Part shown: positions 62,553 through 64,000 of the stretch, in pieces | Position numbering within the stretch: position 1 is the first letter of the stretch | How the letters are laid out: each line of letters opens with the position of its first letter | Assembly (NCBI GenBank): GCA_964016885.1 | Contig: OZ024764.1 | Coordinates: forward strand, 26,908,001 to 26,972,000 | Length of the DNA: 64,000 nucleotides | Direction: 5' to 3' | From: Eledone cirrhosa | Lineage: Eukaryota | Notes under the pieces: generated by a model | Told to the model about the DNA's origin: nothing | The model's database searches: none | Seen by the model: the letters and a program-made list of their open reading frames with translations, nothing else | Translations under genes and position numbers: made by a program

Positions 62553-64000
62553 TCAAACAGCAAAGTGCAAGAAGAGAAAATTGTCGTGTACAGAACTGTG
62601 AATTAAGATTTAGAAGAGGATCAGATATGAGCTGCTCTAATTTACCAACTAGTAATGATAGCTGTTGTTTTGTGGGGGATTGAGGGCACACCACCTGTAC
62701 AAAGAGATATTATCATCTTTCCTAAAGACCATCCTCCTCAGAAAATACCACATAATGCATGCCACTTGGACCTCATGACCGACCGATAATGGTGAATTTT
62801 GGTGGCATAGTGCCATGGAGAGGAATGTAGGACCTGTGTTTGCAATAGACTGACAATGCAGGAGTATTACATATACTGTATAGCATATAGAGGAGGATTT
62901 AGTGCGATATATAGGGCAGGTAAATTATTTTAGCAGTATTTAGTGGATGCCTATATGAAAGTAGAGGGATGCAGGCTTCAATATTTGAGGAACAATCAAG
63001 CCCAATTGTGAGTGGATGAGTATAATGGTTTAATGAATTATCTAAACAGATGATAACACTGAGCCTTAAAAAATGAAGACAAGATAAGAAACAGAGAAGA
63101 CATTGACAGAATCGTGTCAGCAGAAATACCTGCATTGGAAGATGATCCAGTACTACATGAGCAGGTTTAAAAGTTTATGATCCACAGGCCATGTGGTTCT
63201 GGAAACCCTTTTCCCCCATTTATACAAAATGGATTTTTCAAAAAGAACTATCCAAAAACCTACAGAAGGGAAACATTATTGAACCTAAATGGATACCCAG
63301 AGTACAGGAGGTGCAAGACAGGAACTGCAGTGTAAATTGGATGACATTCAGTAGATAACAGGAATGTTATGCCATTTAATGCCTTTTTGCTTAAGAAATA
63401 TTGTGCACATATTAATGTTGAAGTTTGCGCTTCTGTAAAAAGTGTCAAGTACCTCTTTAAATATGTTACATGGGGCATGATTGTACATCTATAGAAGTAA
63501 CGAATAATGCATTACCTAATGAGGCTCAGAACCAACACAACCATGATGAAATAAGAACCTATCTTTGTTGCAGGTATGTGTCTCAGCCAGAAGCAGTGTC
63601 GTGTCTCTCGGAATTTAAGCTTCATGGTACATCACATACAGTATACAGCCTAGCCACACACCTGGAGAACAAACAGAGTTTACTTTCAAAGAGGCAATGC
63701 TCAGGTTGTGGTAGAAATGCAGGGACCCTTGCTGCCTGGTTCAAGCTAAATGAACTTGCTTACACCTTCTGGGATGCCGCCTCACTAACTCCAATTATAA
63801 GCAGGATCAATAATAATGCTTCTATGGAATATTTCAATCCAGAACAGATTATGTAATGGCACAAGATTAGAAGTAGTAGAACTGCATAAACATTTTATCA
63901 AAGCTTCTCATATCTATGGTCCTTTGATGGGCAGGTGTGTTTTGATCCCAAGACTGAAGTTATCCCCCAGTGGTGCCAACATCCCTTTTACTTTGGAAAG
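62553..64000 (+). pseudogene. Helitron Rep-Hel 3' part (copy D), running off the window end
   Basis: Colinear with 47819-49266, including the same internal deletions. Confidence 0.92.

Overview
Eukaryotic, repeat-dominated window with no intact gene. The SINEs resemble octopus/cephalopod tRNA-derived CORE-type SINEs, which is an inference. About 45 kb is a composite satellite. Blocks of a 46-bp monomer (CATGTAATGTTATGGACATCTCTGCCCCTGTGGCTAATAATTCTGT) alternate with purine-rich GAGATGAAAC(GA)n blocks, with ~3-kb higher-order repeats and strand inversions at ~1052, ~9121 and ~34192; the first and last junctions are identical. The remainder is four partial copies of a duplicated segment (hAT-like terminus, CRE-retrotransposon 3' fragment, internally deleted Helitron Rep-Hel pseudogene carrying a SINE), plus a CRE-like relic (PHD and RLE parts), 55-, 40- and 89-bp tandem arrays and nested inverted repeats. 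The main observation is that a ~2.6-kb insert (59980-62552) holding a single satellite unit interrupts one Helitron copy at a site that is empty in another copy (47818-47821). In a third copy the same insert runs on into the ~35-kb array, so the window appears to hold empty, single-unit and amplified states of the satellite. The long S/L/R-rich and E/R-rich ORFs are by-products of the satellite.
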